Source: the human T2T-CHM13v2.0 reference genome, Homo sapiens. Taken from it: a stretch of DNA of 64,000 bases. The position numbers were made by a program, and so were the translations under genes. Location of the stretch: NCBI RefSeq assembly GCF_009914755.1, contig NC_060926.1; one strand, 5' to 3'. Positions 16,011 through 35,591 of this stretch are shown piece by piece. Every line of letters begins with the position of its first letter. Position 1 is the stretch's first letter. Below the pieces are notes generated by a model, which was given only the letters and a program-made list of their open reading frames with translations, had not been told where the DNA came from and ran no database searches.

Positions 16011-19000
16011 CTGGCTTCTTTTTACTCAGGTTTCCACTGCTTTTTTGCTTTTTTTAATGCTGTATGAAGGTGTTAACATTTGTTTATATTTTTCATTAAT
16101 TGTAATACCTTTAAATCATGCATCATACTCAGAAATAGGGATTAGAATTTAAGTGACATCTTTGGCCTAATATAATTTACCTGTTAAAAATTTGTGAAAG
16201 CTATTGCTTATTTCTTTTCCAAAGTAGATTTGGATGACAAATTCAGTTTGGTTTTGAGCTTATCTAAAAAGCTTAATGTTTTAAGCATACCAAACTCATT
16301 AGCAGAAGTCAAATATGTCTCTCCCTATTGCTACACAACTTTTTAGGGATATTGTTATATATGAAAGCATGACATCAAACGGACCTAATACACCTAAATG
16401 CATTTGAAGCTACTTGGTCTCGGTTCTTACCAACGATATAATTTAATTTTTTTTTCCAAACGATGATGTTGTTGCATACCTGTGGAAAGCAAAATGATTC
16501 TGTGAAACTATACTTTTAGTTTTGCAACCATTTGATAACTTCAAAGATTATCAATGTATTATATCTTTAGTCTTAGCTTTCCAGATAACCCAGAATCATA
16601 TGGTTCCAAGTTGATTAAGCTTTGTTACCAGCAGACTATGGTAGGATCCTGATGAACGACACTATGGAAGAAACTTGTTAGGATAAACAGTCTTCAATGT
16701 GTGCATATTGTTGACAGAATTTGAAGGCACAAATTTAAGAGTAACTAGGGTGTAAAAGGCGAGCAAAGAAAAGTCAGCACTACTGGGTAAGCAGGTGAGG
16801 GGGCTTATTGATAGGAGAGTCGGCTATGTCAAATAGGGACTCAAGGCACAAAGTCAATTTCTTTACTGACAACTTTCAATCCAAGTAATAGGAATTTTGT
16901 ATTTGTAAATTACTAGGTAGTGGCTCTGGCTATTCTTGTTTTTTCATTGATTTCTGTGAGCATTTCTTAGTATGTATTGTGTGATTCAGCATAGATTCAG
17001 ACATTGTATAATACCTACAAATCCACCTATTTCCCTTTTCCCTTCTCCATTAACCTGCCGCCACTGAAATCTGGAGCCAAATATATCTGGTAAGTACCCA
17101 CAGATTTCCTTGAGTTGTATAGACTCTTCCATGGAATAGTTCTTTAAATAGCTGTGAGCAATAAACTCTGTGTGACTGTTTTTGTTAGAATTGGTTTTTG
17201 TATATGTATATGTTTATTTCAGGCACAGGAGTGAGAGAAGAGGGGATGAGAGATGAGAAGGGATAATCAAGTGTGATGGCAATTGCATCTCCTTCCAAAT
17301 ACACCCATGGGGCTGGCTTTAGTTGAACTTGCCCACCTACTAAAATAGTGCCACAGACAGAAGCCCAAGATTATAAGCTTGAGGTTTTAACAATTTGGTC
17401 TTGTAGATGCCTAGTTACAAATAAATTTGGCTTTAGTAAAATGGCTCATCTTTAAAAAAAAAAAAAAAGAAAACTACCTTCACAGTGCTTCTATTGTACA
17501 AGCACAGTCTGGAAAAAAAATTAATAGGTACTATTAAGTGAAATAACCTTAGATTCATGGGTATTCTAAGCATTTCTTTAATACTTTTTGTAATTTTTCT
17601 GATTATTTCTGTGTTATTAAGAATGCTTTCCTTTAGAACAAATGCTAGTTCAGATCACCTATATAAAATAAAATCAGCCTGTTAATGCCTGTTCAATACT
17701 TTTGTGCTGAGCACTGCATTTCCTTCCTGCTCTCTTCTTGGTTAAAGTGAGAGTTAAAAATAGAACATTCTGTGGAGCCCTCCAGGGAAGTTCCTGAACC
17801 ATCAGTTTATATTGTCCTAGTTCTCTTAGCTTGCAGAATTGATTGTGCTTTCCTCTGAAAGTGCTGAAAGAAATGGGATAATATTGCAACAGTGCAGTCC
17901 TTTAACAAAACAGAATGGTAGTGTTTTAAAAAAAAAAATCTATGTTGAGATCTGGATATTTATTTTGTTGTTTGGTATCACTTACTATTGGCATTTCTTA
18001 CTTTACAAAATAGAGGCTTTCCCACAATATTGACGTAAATTCCTATAAAAGATATAGTGTTTTCCTCTACTTTCCAGATTAAATTCAGATGTATCACAGG
18101 AAGAATTTTTTTTAATTCTAATATACTAAAATATACTTTTTAGTGAAGAAAGAATAATTTATGTGGTAGCCAAGTTGGAGTCGGGATACTGGAAATACTC
18201 TTCTTGTAGCATTTTTGAAACCTGTTGATACTTTTCATTCTCTAGAAATCTACTTCTCCTTCCTAATCCTCAGCCTTCTCCCTCTTTTCCAGATCATTGG
18301 ATTTTTCTTTCTCAAACTTGGCAGTCTTCAAACTATACTTTTGACACTATGAGAACTCTGTACCCACTCTTGCTTTTGTCTGAATAATTAGACAAGGAAC
18401 CTAACCTACAATGCCACTTCTCTAGGTGTCACTCTGTAACGGTTCATGCCCAGCAGTCTGAAATTTCTTTGTTTAAACAAAAGTTCAGAGGAATTCATGA
18501 GCAACTTGAACAGTTCAAGATGTAAATTTTATTAAGCAAATGTACATAATGTGAGGCATACCTGTAATTAAATGATCCTTTATTTTATGTTAACAATTAT
18601 TTTATTAATGATTTTGTCTTACATAGGCAAGAGTAAGGTTCTTATCTTTGATTGGATTAGGAGAATGATGTGGGCTTTTTTGTTTTTAGTGCTTTCCAGC
18701 TGAGTATTTCTAGTTTTGCTTGTGATTATAGTAATTTTAACCAACATAGATCCCAGTTTTATTTTCTTTTTCATTGGAACAAATGTTAGCCTGTTAATGC
18801 CTGTTGAGTACTTTTCTGCTAAGCACTGCATTAGAAAAAGACCAATAATCTTTTAGTAATCTTTAATGTTCTGCTCTTTAGAGAATATAATTCAAAATTA
18901 TATACTTTTTAGCCAGTTGCTGTGTTGTATGTTATAATTATTAGAATGAGTGATAAAACATTTCATCATGATTTCTGGAAAAAACATTCATATTCCTGTC

Positions 19001-20151
19001 CTAATGCCAGTCGAATTTCCCTTCTGGGGTACCGATCATTCTGAGCATCAAATGTTAAATGACAATTTTAGTTGTGTTAGTTTAGAACAGTTCTTCAGAC
19101 CCTGATGGCTTTCTACCCAGTGTAGTTTAAACCTGGTGAATTTTCCTGCCTTGGATGTAAAAATGAATGAAATGCTACTCAGTGGATGGAAAAAAGTCAT
19201 TGCTTCACAGAACTTCAAGACTTCGCCCATAAAACGTAGCAGCTCTCCTTGCACAAAATGTGTCCAGGTTAAAGCTGGCACTGCCCTGCTGAGTAAAGTC
19301 TGACTTCTTGGCAAAGCAGCCTGACTTTGTGGAGAAGACAGCCAGTATCTATGAAAACTCTGCTAGACTAATCTTGTATAGACTCATCTGGAATGTGGCA
19401 ACAGACTTTTTGAGCAAAAGCAGCCTCCGAGGCAAAACAGCAAAACTAAAGCCCAAAGGGAACATTGGAGATTCACTTGGAAATACTCAGGCTGAGAGAC
19501 AGAACTGTGGGATGTGGAACCTGAAATAGTGTCACTATTTGAGCCAGTTCTTCTCCTTCCCAATTGTCTTTTGTTATGTTTTAATATTTTTAGAGATGGA
19601 GTCTCACTGTTTTGCCTAGACTGGAGTGCAGTGGCCCTTCCTAATTGTTTAATACAATTTATGCGTATAATCTAATTATAGTAAGGCAAGGAAGTGTAAC
19701 TTTGAAATACATCAGTAGTAAACCACGCATCTTGCGGGTAGTGGACAAACCAAGGGAAGGACTGTTCCTCCCACAGAGAGGACATTGTGGGCTAATCATA
19801 TGCTTATTTACACCTGCTCTTTTTTAAAGCCCCCAAGTTCATGTGGCTACCATCTGAACTAACTACCCAAAAATTTTCACTCTGATTCCTATTTTGAATA
19901 ACATGCTTATACTCACCAATAAATCTTTAGTTCAAATGAACGAAAAGTTTCCTTGTTGATTGACATTATTTCCAGTAATTATCTGTTTTCCTGTAATTAA
20001 GTTTATCTTGAGACTTAGGTATGTTAAGCTACAGTAAAGTCTTCATTAACCAAAATTATCAGAAAATGAAGCAAGGCCAGGTTCTGCTTATTTGAACAAT
20101 ATTACTGTAATACTTTTTCTTCTTCAACATGTGTTCCTCAAAAAAGTAAAT

Positions 20152-20360
20152 TTTAGAATCAGACAGCTGTGTGCAGCTCTCAGCTACACATTTGATAGCT
20201 GTTGATCATAGAGAAGGTATGAACCTCTCTGTGCCTTTTGTTTCCTCAGCTGAAAAACAGGGATAATAATTGTATCTATTTCATAAGATTGTGAACACTA
20301 AATGAGTTAACATATGTAAAGTACTCAGAACAGTGCCTGAAACTTAATAAATATCATTTG
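20152..20360 (+). mobile_element. MIR SINE
   Basis: Core ctctctgtgcct..tttcctcagctgaaaaacagggataata..aaagtactcagaacagtgcctg. Confidence 0.75.
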
Positions 20361-20388
20361 AGGCTTAGGTATTAAGATTAGCTTGTGT

Positions 20389-20691
20389 GACTGGGCGCAG
20401 TGGCTCACCCCTGTAATCCCAGCACTTCGGGAGACTGAGGTGGTCCAATCACCTGGTGTCAGGAGTTCAAGACCAGCCTGGCCAACATGGTGAAACCCCA
20501 TCTCTATTAAATATACAAATATTAGCTGGGTATGCTGGCACGCACCTGTAATCCCAGCTCCTTGGGCAAGAGAAGCACTTGAACCCAGGGGGTTGAGGTG
20601 GCCATAAGCCGAGATTGCACCGCTGCACTCCAGCCTGGGCGACAGAGCAGACAGAGCAAGACTCAGTCTCAAAAAAAAAAAAAAAAAAAAA
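20389..20691 (+). mobile_element. Alu
   Basis: Dimer; TSD aagattagcttgtg. Confidence 0.92.
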
Positions 20692-21308
20692 CCAACAAAA
20701 AAGATTAGCTTGTGGTATCATTGAAGCAAAGATAATTATATTTTAAATGAAAATTTAAATTTAAAATGAAAATATAATTTTAAATTATATTTTAAGTGAA
20801 AAGACAGGGATTTGGGGCCAAATTCTAGAGCAGACACAGGAAGCTGACAGAGTTTGCTCTAAAATGTTTATATTTTTTGTCCTTTTAGCTACTCAACACA
20901 TGCCTTCATCCTGAAAGTACAGTAAAGATCAGTTGAGTTGTTTGATGTTAAACTTGAGGTCTAAATATGTTTTGAAGAAAATTACTTAAATACTTTCTTC
21001 CCATACATTGTACAATTTCTATTGATAAGATGTGGAAGCATTATATGAAAAAAGATTTTGAAATAGTCTGTGTCATATAACCCCATTTCTATAAATAATG
21101 AAAATGAATATATATGTTGCCCTCTGCATGGAAAATTAGGCTAGCCACATATAAAAATGTAAATGGGGAGTATCTATAAGTGATTATTTTCCCATATAGA
21201 CTTTTTCTATGTTTGTATTTTTTTCCAAATTTTCTACTATAAAAGTCTTTTTTATGCTCTATAAGGTTTTTATAAAAGATATTAAGTCTACATTTTTAAA
21301 AATATTCA

Positions 21309-21600
21309 GGCCAGGTGCCGTGGCACACCCCTATAATCTCAGCACTTTGGGAGGCCAACAGGGGCGGTTCACTCTGAGCTCAGGAGTTCAAGACCAGCCT
21401 GGGCAACATGGCGAAACCCTGAATCTACTAAAAATACAAAAATTAGCTAGGTGAGGTGGCGCGCACCTGCAATTCCAGTTACTCAGGAGGCTAAAACAGG
21501 AGAGTCGTTTGACCCAGGAGGCAGAGTTTGCAGTGAGGTGAGATTGCGCCACTGCATTCTGTCCTGGGCGATAGGGTAGGACTCTGTCTCAAAAAATAAT
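21309..21600 (+). mobile_element. Alu
   Basis: Dimer. Confidence 0.9.
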
Positions 21601-21889
21601 AGTAAGTAAATAAATTAAAAGTAAAAATATTCAAATAATACCTTCATTACAAACTTTACATACTAGATATAAAGTTAAACAGTTTGTATTCTTTCTTTGA
21701 GTTCTTCCTAAGCACTTTGAGGCTAACTATATGGAATCTGTGATTTAGCTGCTGTACAGTTTTCTAGGAGAGACTTAATGAGTGATCTAGAAATTCCAGT
21801 CTGATGTGATTTGTATTCGTGGGAGTGTCATTTTAATGAAAAGGTGATTAAATGTGTTTAATCTTGTAAACCAGTGTTACGTTAAAATT

Positions 21890-22520
<631 letters not shown>

Positions 22521-23321
22521 GGCATACGCAAACCATGAGAGAACAACTAACCAGAAATGTTTATGTTACCTGTAGAGTTTTATGAGATGTGGCATAAGAG
22601 AATGGACAAAATCGTAAAGGGATTAATAATTAAGATAGATTCTTAGCGAAGGCATTTTTTTAAGTGCTTGGCATCATTATTTTTAATAGCTCCACTGTGT
22701 TCAAAAACTCAATCCTAGCTTATTTATGCTACTTCTGAATGAAGTCCTAAGATATTAGTGTTTTTTCTCCTTTCACAGTCTTTAAAATCTAGAACTTCCT
22801 GGTAGTTCTTATCACTCTTCTATGTGTAAAACCTTTGCTTCTTCACCAGTATTCTGTTGTACCTTCATCTTCCACTTATCACTTCACATACCATATTCAT
22901 TCATTCATGACTATTCCCCATTAAAACATATTAACTGTCTTACTTTTTCCAAACCTTTTATTTTTGCTGGAATGAGCTTTTCCTTTAAGTCCAAGCCCAA
23001 ATGTCACTACCTTTATAAATATCAGTCAGGACTAATTTCTTCCTCTTTTTTTCATAAGACTCTATTTATACTGCTATCCTCATACGGTATGGTGGCTAAA
23101 ACTGCCTAATTTCAAAGATAGGGACCATGTCATATCTATCTTTATCTAACCCAGATGGTGTCCTTTTTACTACTATTTGTAACAAATGACTAGATGCTGA
23201 GATCAACTGTTTTATATTTCATGTCAAATTTTCAAAATGTACGTGGTGTTTGTAAGAGAGTGCGTGTGTTTGTGTGTGTGCTTGTGTGTGTGTGTGTGGC
23301 AATTAGTGGGCATGGATATTA

Positions 23322-23790
<469 letters not shown>

Positions 23791-24339
23791 GAAACAAAAA
23801 TTCTGCCAAGTCTGTCATAAGAAGTTATTATTCCAGTCTATACAGAACCCAAATTCTGATGCTGCAATAGACGTGTATGTGTTGAGGTGGCATTTCCAAC
23901 ACAAAAAAAGGTCTCATGTTCACATTTCATTTCCATTCCTGTGTTATTTTTTAAGGGTGGAAATTTGTCATTGTATGTTTTAATGGTGTTTGGAATTTGG
24001 GGTATAAATTTGAAATACTTGTCATTTGATGAACTGAAAATAGTGTTAAATGTTAATTGTTAGATTAAAAAGGAAGAAGTTTATTCTGTTCTCTGCCTTT
24101 ACCTGCCTGTAAGTTTAAGTAGTATAGGAAATTCACAAGGAATAAAGGTTTAGAAAACAGCATATTATCAATCACTTTATTACAGATGAGAACTAGAATA
24201 CACAGTATTCTGTTTTTACAAAGTTAGACTGGTGAGAAGGAAGTCATTGGAAACATGGCCATAAAGTAGTTTTGCCATAGAAATAACATCATTTTACAAA
24301 AACCCTTCACTGTTAAGGGATTCACTATAACTGAATTTT

Positions 24340-24605
24340 TACTTTGGTTTTGGTTTTTTTCTGTGTTTTTGGTTTTTTGTTTGGTTGGTTGGTTGGTTTT
24401 GTTTGTTTGTTTTTTGAGACAAGGGTCTTGCGCTGTCGCTTAGGCTGGAGTGCAGTGGCACTATCTTGTATTTTTTTGTGGAGACAAGATTTGGCCATGT
24501 TGCCCAGGCTGGTCTCAAACTCCTGAGCTTACCCACTTCCATCCACCCAATCCATCCATCTCCCAAAGTGCTGGGATCATAGGTGTAAGCCACCACACCT
24601 GGCCA
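24340..24605 (-). mobile_element. Antisense Alu, internally deleted, with a (GTTT/TTGG)n tail
   Basis: Antisense Alu consensus. Confidence 0.87.
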
Positions 24606-25809
24606 AGATTTTTAGTTTCTTAATTTTAATGTGTTGCTTTGTTACTGGATATACCTTGTGGTTATATTTTTAAAGAAGATAGATGCTAGATTTTATTCAA
24701 TTATTTAGTCCCTGAGCAGAATTATTAAGGCTACCAGACAACTACAGTGATGCTGCTGTCTATAATCAATACTTGAAATTGCCATGTCTGTTGCTTTAGG
24801 AATTAGTGAGGATATAAATGAAAACTGATAACAAAATGTATTTATGGTATTATCAGGGAAACAATTTCATTGCCCTTTAGCTGTTAAAGTCTGTATAGGT
24901 GGTATTCTAGTTCAGTTCATCTTTGTAAAAACTTTTCAGTACTCTGAAGCTAGATGATTATTTTTATCTAGTTCTTTAAAAAATAAAAAACTTTGTGGGT
25001 AGCATCTAGTAATTTACATGAGTCTTTAGCTAATTAGTATACCTAAAAGAATCCTCTTAGGATCAGGAGACAAAATACAATTCGTATTCTCTACTTAGAG
25101 CTTATCATTGTAGATTCTTGTTAAGTAAATAAGTTTACTTGATAAAAGTAAATTTGTGCACTTAACTTACCACTTAAATTACCAACATTCAGTTTAGGTG
25201 TTTGCTTTGTGACCTTGAGCAGATTACTTGAGTTGTTTAATGATTTGTCAAGTGACCTTAATCATACAATGAAGAAATAATCTAAAAAATTACAGTATAA
25301 CTCCATTTGCCTGTGTCTTTGACACATTCAAAAGTGGCTCTCTCCCCTGCCTTTTTTTTTTAATCCCCAGCAGGGACAGTTTCATGGGAATGGAACCTCT
25401 GCAGATGCATAGAGCCCCATGCTTGTGTTAATATTCTGTTGTTACCAACTTGAAATTCTTAATAGTTGTTGTTTTTTTTTTTTTTTAACAAAGGGCCCTA
25501 CATATTTTCCATTTACTCTGGGCTCATGTTATGTAGCAACTCCTGGTCCTGAGAAACTAGTTATCATAATCGATTGTAATATGCCCTGAATAGTAATTGT
25601 CCTATGTTATCTAAGTGTGTGACCCTATAATCTTTGCAATTGTAGAAGAAATCTTTGTAGGCAGATTTTATTTCAATATATTTTAGTGAGGGAATGTAGG
25701 TAACTTGGGCTAAAATGTTATTTCATAATAGATGGTTTTAGGGGCTTACCATTTAATCAAAATTTTATCATTTTAGAGCATAAAAGTACTCGCTTAAATT
25801 TTTTTTTAA

Positions 25810-26166
<357 letters not shown>

Positions 26167-26576
26167 TAATATACAACTTTATAGTCAAGAGTTTTATTAG
26201 TCGTAGAAGCTTGGTTTTATCCTCATTTTATTGCATTATTCATTTATTAATGTTTAGGATCTGAAACACATTGATATTGGCAAGTTAATATTGTCTAGCA
26301 TTGTCTTATGTTTCCAGCAATATAGGTAGATGAGCAAATGTCTTATTCTATTCCTCAGCTCTTTAGAAAGTCCTCATTGCTGGGAGAGAGGAATAGGAGG
26401 GAAAATAGAGGTTAGTGGTAGATATTTGAAATAGTGAGATACAGTATAGACCATGAATCCGTAGTTGTAGAATAGGGAAGTATGTGCAGTTTCCTGTGCT
26501 GTGACTGATTTTTTTCCTTCCTCTCCATCCCAAAAAGCGATGATATGTCTCATATTTTAAATTGTTGTAGATATTA

Positions 26577-27350
<774 letters not shown>

Positions 27351-28175
27351 GAGAGAACTCCAAAGACCACTTTCATTCATCTCAACAAGGAGAGAATAGC
27401 CTAGTTGGGAAGATAGGGAATAGCCTAGTTGGGAAGATAAAATACACGTATTTTGTGTATTTTATCTGAACACATGTAAACAAATTGGTGATAGTGTACA
27501 GACTAGTAACTGAGAGGATCATGAAATACAGCAATGAACAGGTTAAGGACTTGATTTGAAGCCTTCTGGGAAGTTAGAAACCTTTAGCTCTTCAAAGAAA
27601 ATGATGGGCGTAAATTGGTTAAGATGACATTCTGAGAATGAAGAAGGATATAAGCAAAGGTGCAAGCATATTCCATATAATTTCAGAAAATTGAAATTAA
27701 AGTGTGAAATGTGAGGTTGTCAAATGTTGTTGAGCACCAAGTGTATGTCCACTTTTGAGAACCCTTTACCATAGAACACATCTACAAAAGAAAGAAAAGA
27801 TACTTCATGAAAACTGGGCTTTCCATCTTCATTTTCTCTCACATCCCCCATGCTTCTGACCCCTTCTCCTCCATCCTTGAGCCTAGGCACATGAGCCTGC
27901 CCTTCGTCTGTTTCCCCATAGTTAAGCATTAAACAGGATTGACACCAAGCCTGAAGCCTTCCTTTCTCAAAGACTCTGGTTCTACTATCTAATCCAATAC
28001 AGAGTTCAGCATGTAAGATCTGCCCTTAATCTTTGGGGGCTTACATCTAGTAAGAGAAATGTCATTTTTAAACAAATTACAGCCTAATTAGTATAGTTTT
28101 TTTTTAATTAGCTGGATATTGAAAATATTCCAGAGCTAAGGTAGTGGTCATAATTTTTACACCATACATTTTTAC

Positions 28176-28283
28176 ATTTTAACATTATTTTCTCATTGTA
28201 TTTAATGTAATTCTCACATTGGCTGAATATTGTAGGAAGTATTGCTCTGGCCAGCAATCAATAATAGTCATCTGCTTTAAAGT
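28176..28283 (+). repeat. Copy 1 of a 108-bp dispersed direct repeat
   Basis: Near-identical to 31916-32024. Confidence 0.95.
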
Positions 28284-28396
28284 GTGGCTCCTACTACATT
28301 TGATAAACAAGCTAGGTAGTGATAAACTGTTATCTAAAAAATAAGCCAGAAAAGTCATCTGTCCTACACCTCCTGAGTCAGAGGGCATGGGTTTGA

Positions 28397-28796
<400 letters not shown>

Positions 28797-28819
28797 AGTC
28801 ATTACCTTTTAAATCATAG

Positions 28820-29267
<448 letters not shown>

Positions 29268-29290
29268 TTATAGTGGTTATACTGGCTTGC

Positions 29291-29592
29291 TTTTTTTTTT
29301 TTTTTTTTTGGAGACAGAGTCTCACTCTGTCACCCAGGCTAGAGTGCAGTGGCTCATTCTCAACTCACTGCAACCTCCACCTTCTGGTTCAAGCAATTCT
29401 TGTGCCTCAGCCTCCTGAGTAACTGGGACTACAGGCACGCGCCACTACTCCCGGCTAATTTCTGTATTTTAGCAGAGACGGGGTTTCACCATGTTGTCCA
29501 GGCTGGTCTCGAACTCCAGAGCTCAGGCAATCTGCCCACCTCAGCCTCCCAAAGTGCTGGGATTATAGGTGTGAGCCACTGTGCCCAGCCCG
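29291..29592 (-). mobile_element. Alu
   Basis: Antisense Alu consensus with a T tail. Confidence 0.92.
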
Positions 29593-30326
29593 GCTTTCTT
29601 TTTTTTTTTTTTTTTTTTTTTTTAAATAAAGATCCTTCAGGCCATTGAATATACATTGGCTTTATTTAACAAAATCACTGTAATCCAACTCTAATATTGA
29701 GGTACATTTGTAAATTAAGAACCCTTTATGCCTGTGTTGTTTCTATCTTAGAAACTGTAGAGTGGTAGTACAGAATTGTGTTCGTGTGATTTCATTTAGA
29801 TGATATAGAAAACAGAACTGAAAGATACACTGTTTACTGAATGCCTACTATAACTAGATACTTTAGTTGTGCTATCTCATAATGGAAATAATACCTCCTT
29901 TGTAATGGAGGTGGTGTTTCCATTTCTTCTGATAAGAAGCTAAGGAGCCTCAGAATAGTCACTTGCCCAATATCACTTAGATAGATGGCTGATATCACAT
30001 GTAGGTATTTTAAGCTCCAAAGCTCTCACTTTTTATGACCCACTGCGTCTCACTGCCATCCTGCCTGATTTTTACTTAGTTCTACCTGAGGTAAACTGTG
30101 TTACTCTTTCTATATCAAATGGCCATCCTTATGTGGAAAGTTTCTTTTTCATAATTTAACCTTTTCATAATTTAATGCATCAGCCTACAGTACATACATT
30201 TACAAATGCTAGCCAGAAGCAATAGCTGACATAGAAATAAAGTGGTAGTGCTGTGGCTAACAGGAAAGCCTGTTGGCAGTGTTAGCTTATTTCTGACTGC
30301 TCATGCTTTAAAAGTTTATGGTGGCT

Positions 30327-30615
30327 GCTGGGTATGGTGGCTCACTCCTGTAATCCCAGCACTTTGGGAAGCCAAGGTGGGCGGATCACTTGAGGTCAGG
30401 AGTTTGAGATCAGCCTGACCAACATGGTGAAACCCCATCTCTACTAAAAATACAAAAATTAGCCAGGCATGGTAGCGCATGCCTGTAGTCCCAGCTACTC
30501 AGGAGGCTGAGGCAGGAGAATTGCTTCAACCCAGGAGGCAGGGGTTGCAGTGAGCCAAGATTGCACCACTACACTCCAGCCTGGGCAACAGAGCAAGAAT
30601 TCATCTCGAAAAAAA
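30327..30615 (+). mobile_element. Alu just upstream of exon E
   Basis: TSD aaagtttatgg. Confidence 0.92.
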
Positions 30616-30700
30616 TAAAGTTTATGGAGGTTGAAAACATAAACATTTACAAGGCCTTGAAAAAAACCTTTTTCTCTTGAAATTGTCTTTCAAATTTTAG

Positions 30701-30853
<153 letters not shown>

Positions 30854-31015
30854 TGAGTATGACTGAGTAACCTAATCTTCCAGCTTCTCATTGTTTACCA
30901 GGATTATGGTCTGTTGCTAGTTTTAAAGTTGACTAAGGGGCATTACTTGAGAACATTCTCTAATGTAGAATAGAAAAAAACTATAATACAGTATACTTTT
31001 TAACATATTTCTTTC

Positions 31016-31374
<359 letters not shown>

Positions 31375-31754
31375 TCAGATCTCTCTTGTGCCTAAAAATT
31401 AGGCCAATCTTCTGTTACTCACACAAATGGAGTAACAGTTGGAGTGTAATATTTAAGGTTTTTATAGGGGTCTGGAAAAATTGTATTTCCTGTGTATAAC
31501 TTTAGCAGTGAAATATCTTGCTGGAATATTTCAGGCTTTGGGAAGCTCATTTTTCATCAGTAAGGGAGGGAAGGCATGTAAGAGAAGTAAATGATAGTAG
31601 TTCTACATTAAAGCAAGTCATGAAGTATTCCATCAACAGAAATGTCTCTGACAAGCCATGTGTTGAAAATACTAATCTTTCATTGAATTGGGTCCCTTTA
31701 GTTCATTGTTCAGAATGTATTACCAAACCATTCATTTATTCTCATGGCATCCCT

Positions 31755-32400
31755 GTGTTACCAAGCAAGTCCATTCTGCCTGCGTATAGCAAGCCAATCA
31801 CTGTGACAACGGGTTTTGCAAAAGAGAAAATATTTTATTCACAAGGCTGCTTGTGAAAGGAGATGGGAAAACAAATCTCAAATCCGCCTCTGAAAATAGG
31901 GCTTGTGGGTACTTAATTTTAACATTATTTTCTCATTGTATTTAATGTAATTCTCACATTGGCTGAATGATTGTAGGAAGTATTTATCTGGCCAGCAATC
32001 AATAATAGTCATCTGCTTTAAAGTATTTAAAGTAGGGTGGTCTAAAGCGTGAGAAAATGTGATTGATGGGTGGGAAAGTTGATTGGCAGGTTGGAAAAAT
32101 GAGGTAATTGGGGTTTCTGCACAAGCATAATCAAGCTACATGGTTCTTCATAGGACGTGTGTGCAGAAAATGGCGTTAGCATGATCTGAAGATGGAGTAG
32201 TTTTAGGCCCTCTGACGCCAAAAGGTCACTCTCTGGGCACCTGTGCAGGCCTAGTTAAAGGGTTCATGATCTCAACCAGCTTGGACTGGACATGAGCTGC
32301 CCCCTGGATCCTGAAAAACAGCTTTAAATACCTGTTATATAGTTACCCACAGTCAGAAATGTTATCTATAAGGAAAACAGTGGGAGTTTAGTTATATACT
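31755..32400. mobile_element. Old ERV LTR-like sequence (family unresolved) containing an inserted 109-bp local duplication
   Basis: aagccaatcactgtgacaacgggttttgcaaaagagaaaa...ctcaaatccgcctc resembles ERVL/ERV1-type LTRs. Confidence 0.5.
31916..32024 (+). repeat. Copy 2 of a 108-bp dispersed direct repeat
   Basis: 2 substitutions and a 1-nt insertion relative to copy 1. Confidence 0.95.
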
Positions 32401-33184
32401 TCTTGGCCACATGACTTGCTAGTGGGAGTTTTAAGATTAGCTAATCCCAGCCCCTTTGATGCAAAACTGCTACAAAATGAAAATAGAAATATGTACTTGG
32501 TTAAATTTCGCATTTGTTGTGTGAGTTTAAATTTTATAAATAAGGAAAAAATACTCCGAATCTGAGTTTTTTACCCTGATAAATCTAAGTTTGGGATCTA
32601 GAATGCCAGTTCAGTTTCCAAACTGTCAGTTAGAGGCAGAAATCTGTGCTAAAGTAGGGTGAAATGAGGAGTGAGAAAATTGATGATTTATCTACTTTTT
32701 GAACCAAAGTTTAATTTTTTATTTACCAGAGAATATTGCCAAAGTCATCATTTCTATGTGGGGCAGAGGCTGAGAGATGGGTATTAAGTTACCTTTGTAG
32801 GCCTGCCTACTGGGAAGAGGGGCTTTCATAAGGGAAGGATATCAAGCCTATAAGAACCTATGTAAGATGGCTTAGGCTTTCACAATTTTTCACGTTTGTT
32901 GTACTTGTCAGTCCCTTGAAACAAAAAAGATTTTGTGTGCTTGACTTGTGAGAGAGCTTGCCATAAGAGTGTGGATACAGGTGAGAGAGCATAATTATGT
33001 TCCTGCCCCTATAGTGAGCCTTATTTTAAGCATAAGAGCAGAATCCAAAAGCTGTCAAGCGAGTGCTGATGACTACACTTTGGAAAGATCCTTGGTTTTA
33101 GTCCCTGGGCATGCTTCACAAAGAAAATAAAAAATTTTTAAGAGCTAGCTTTGGCCTGAGGGATAGCCTGCAGCACAGAAATTA

Positions 33185-34132
<948 letters not shown>

Positions 34133-34481
34133 TCATAATTAACTGATTAATTTTTTAAAACATAGCAGCATTCTTTACAGAAAATGTCATTTCTGCTTCT
34201 GGGCAATATTTAGTAGACAAATCACCATAATATTTCAAGTTTACTTGGAACCATCACTTAAGAAGTCAACTATTGGTAATTTTTATTAATCAGATAGTTG
34301 AATTACCATCTAAGGGCTAATGAATAGAGGCAATTCAGAAATCTAGACTTAGTGGCTTATATAAATTATATTTTATCCTACATATTTCAGTATATTTACA
34401 TGAAAAGCAGGGGTTGATCTAATTACTGAAGCACCAGCTGGGCATGGTGGCCAGGTAACAGAGTGATACTCTGTCTCATAA

Positions 34482-34529
34482 ATACATACATACATACATA
34501 CATACATACATACATACATACATACATAC
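34482..34529. repeat. (TACA)n tetranucleotide
   Basis: Direct reading; forms the tail of a collapsed Alu. Confidence 0.95.
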
Positions 34530-34585
34530 TCAAGCACCTGGAACAGGGCCTAGCATAGAGTCAGAGCTTGGTAAATCTATACTGA

Positions 34586-35591
<1,006 letters not shown>

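Noticed and set aside
17041-17064. tccattaac followed by ...ccac resembling a U12 branch point and an AC acceptor
   Set aside because: Imperfect match, and the upstream host donor is an ordinary U2-type GT
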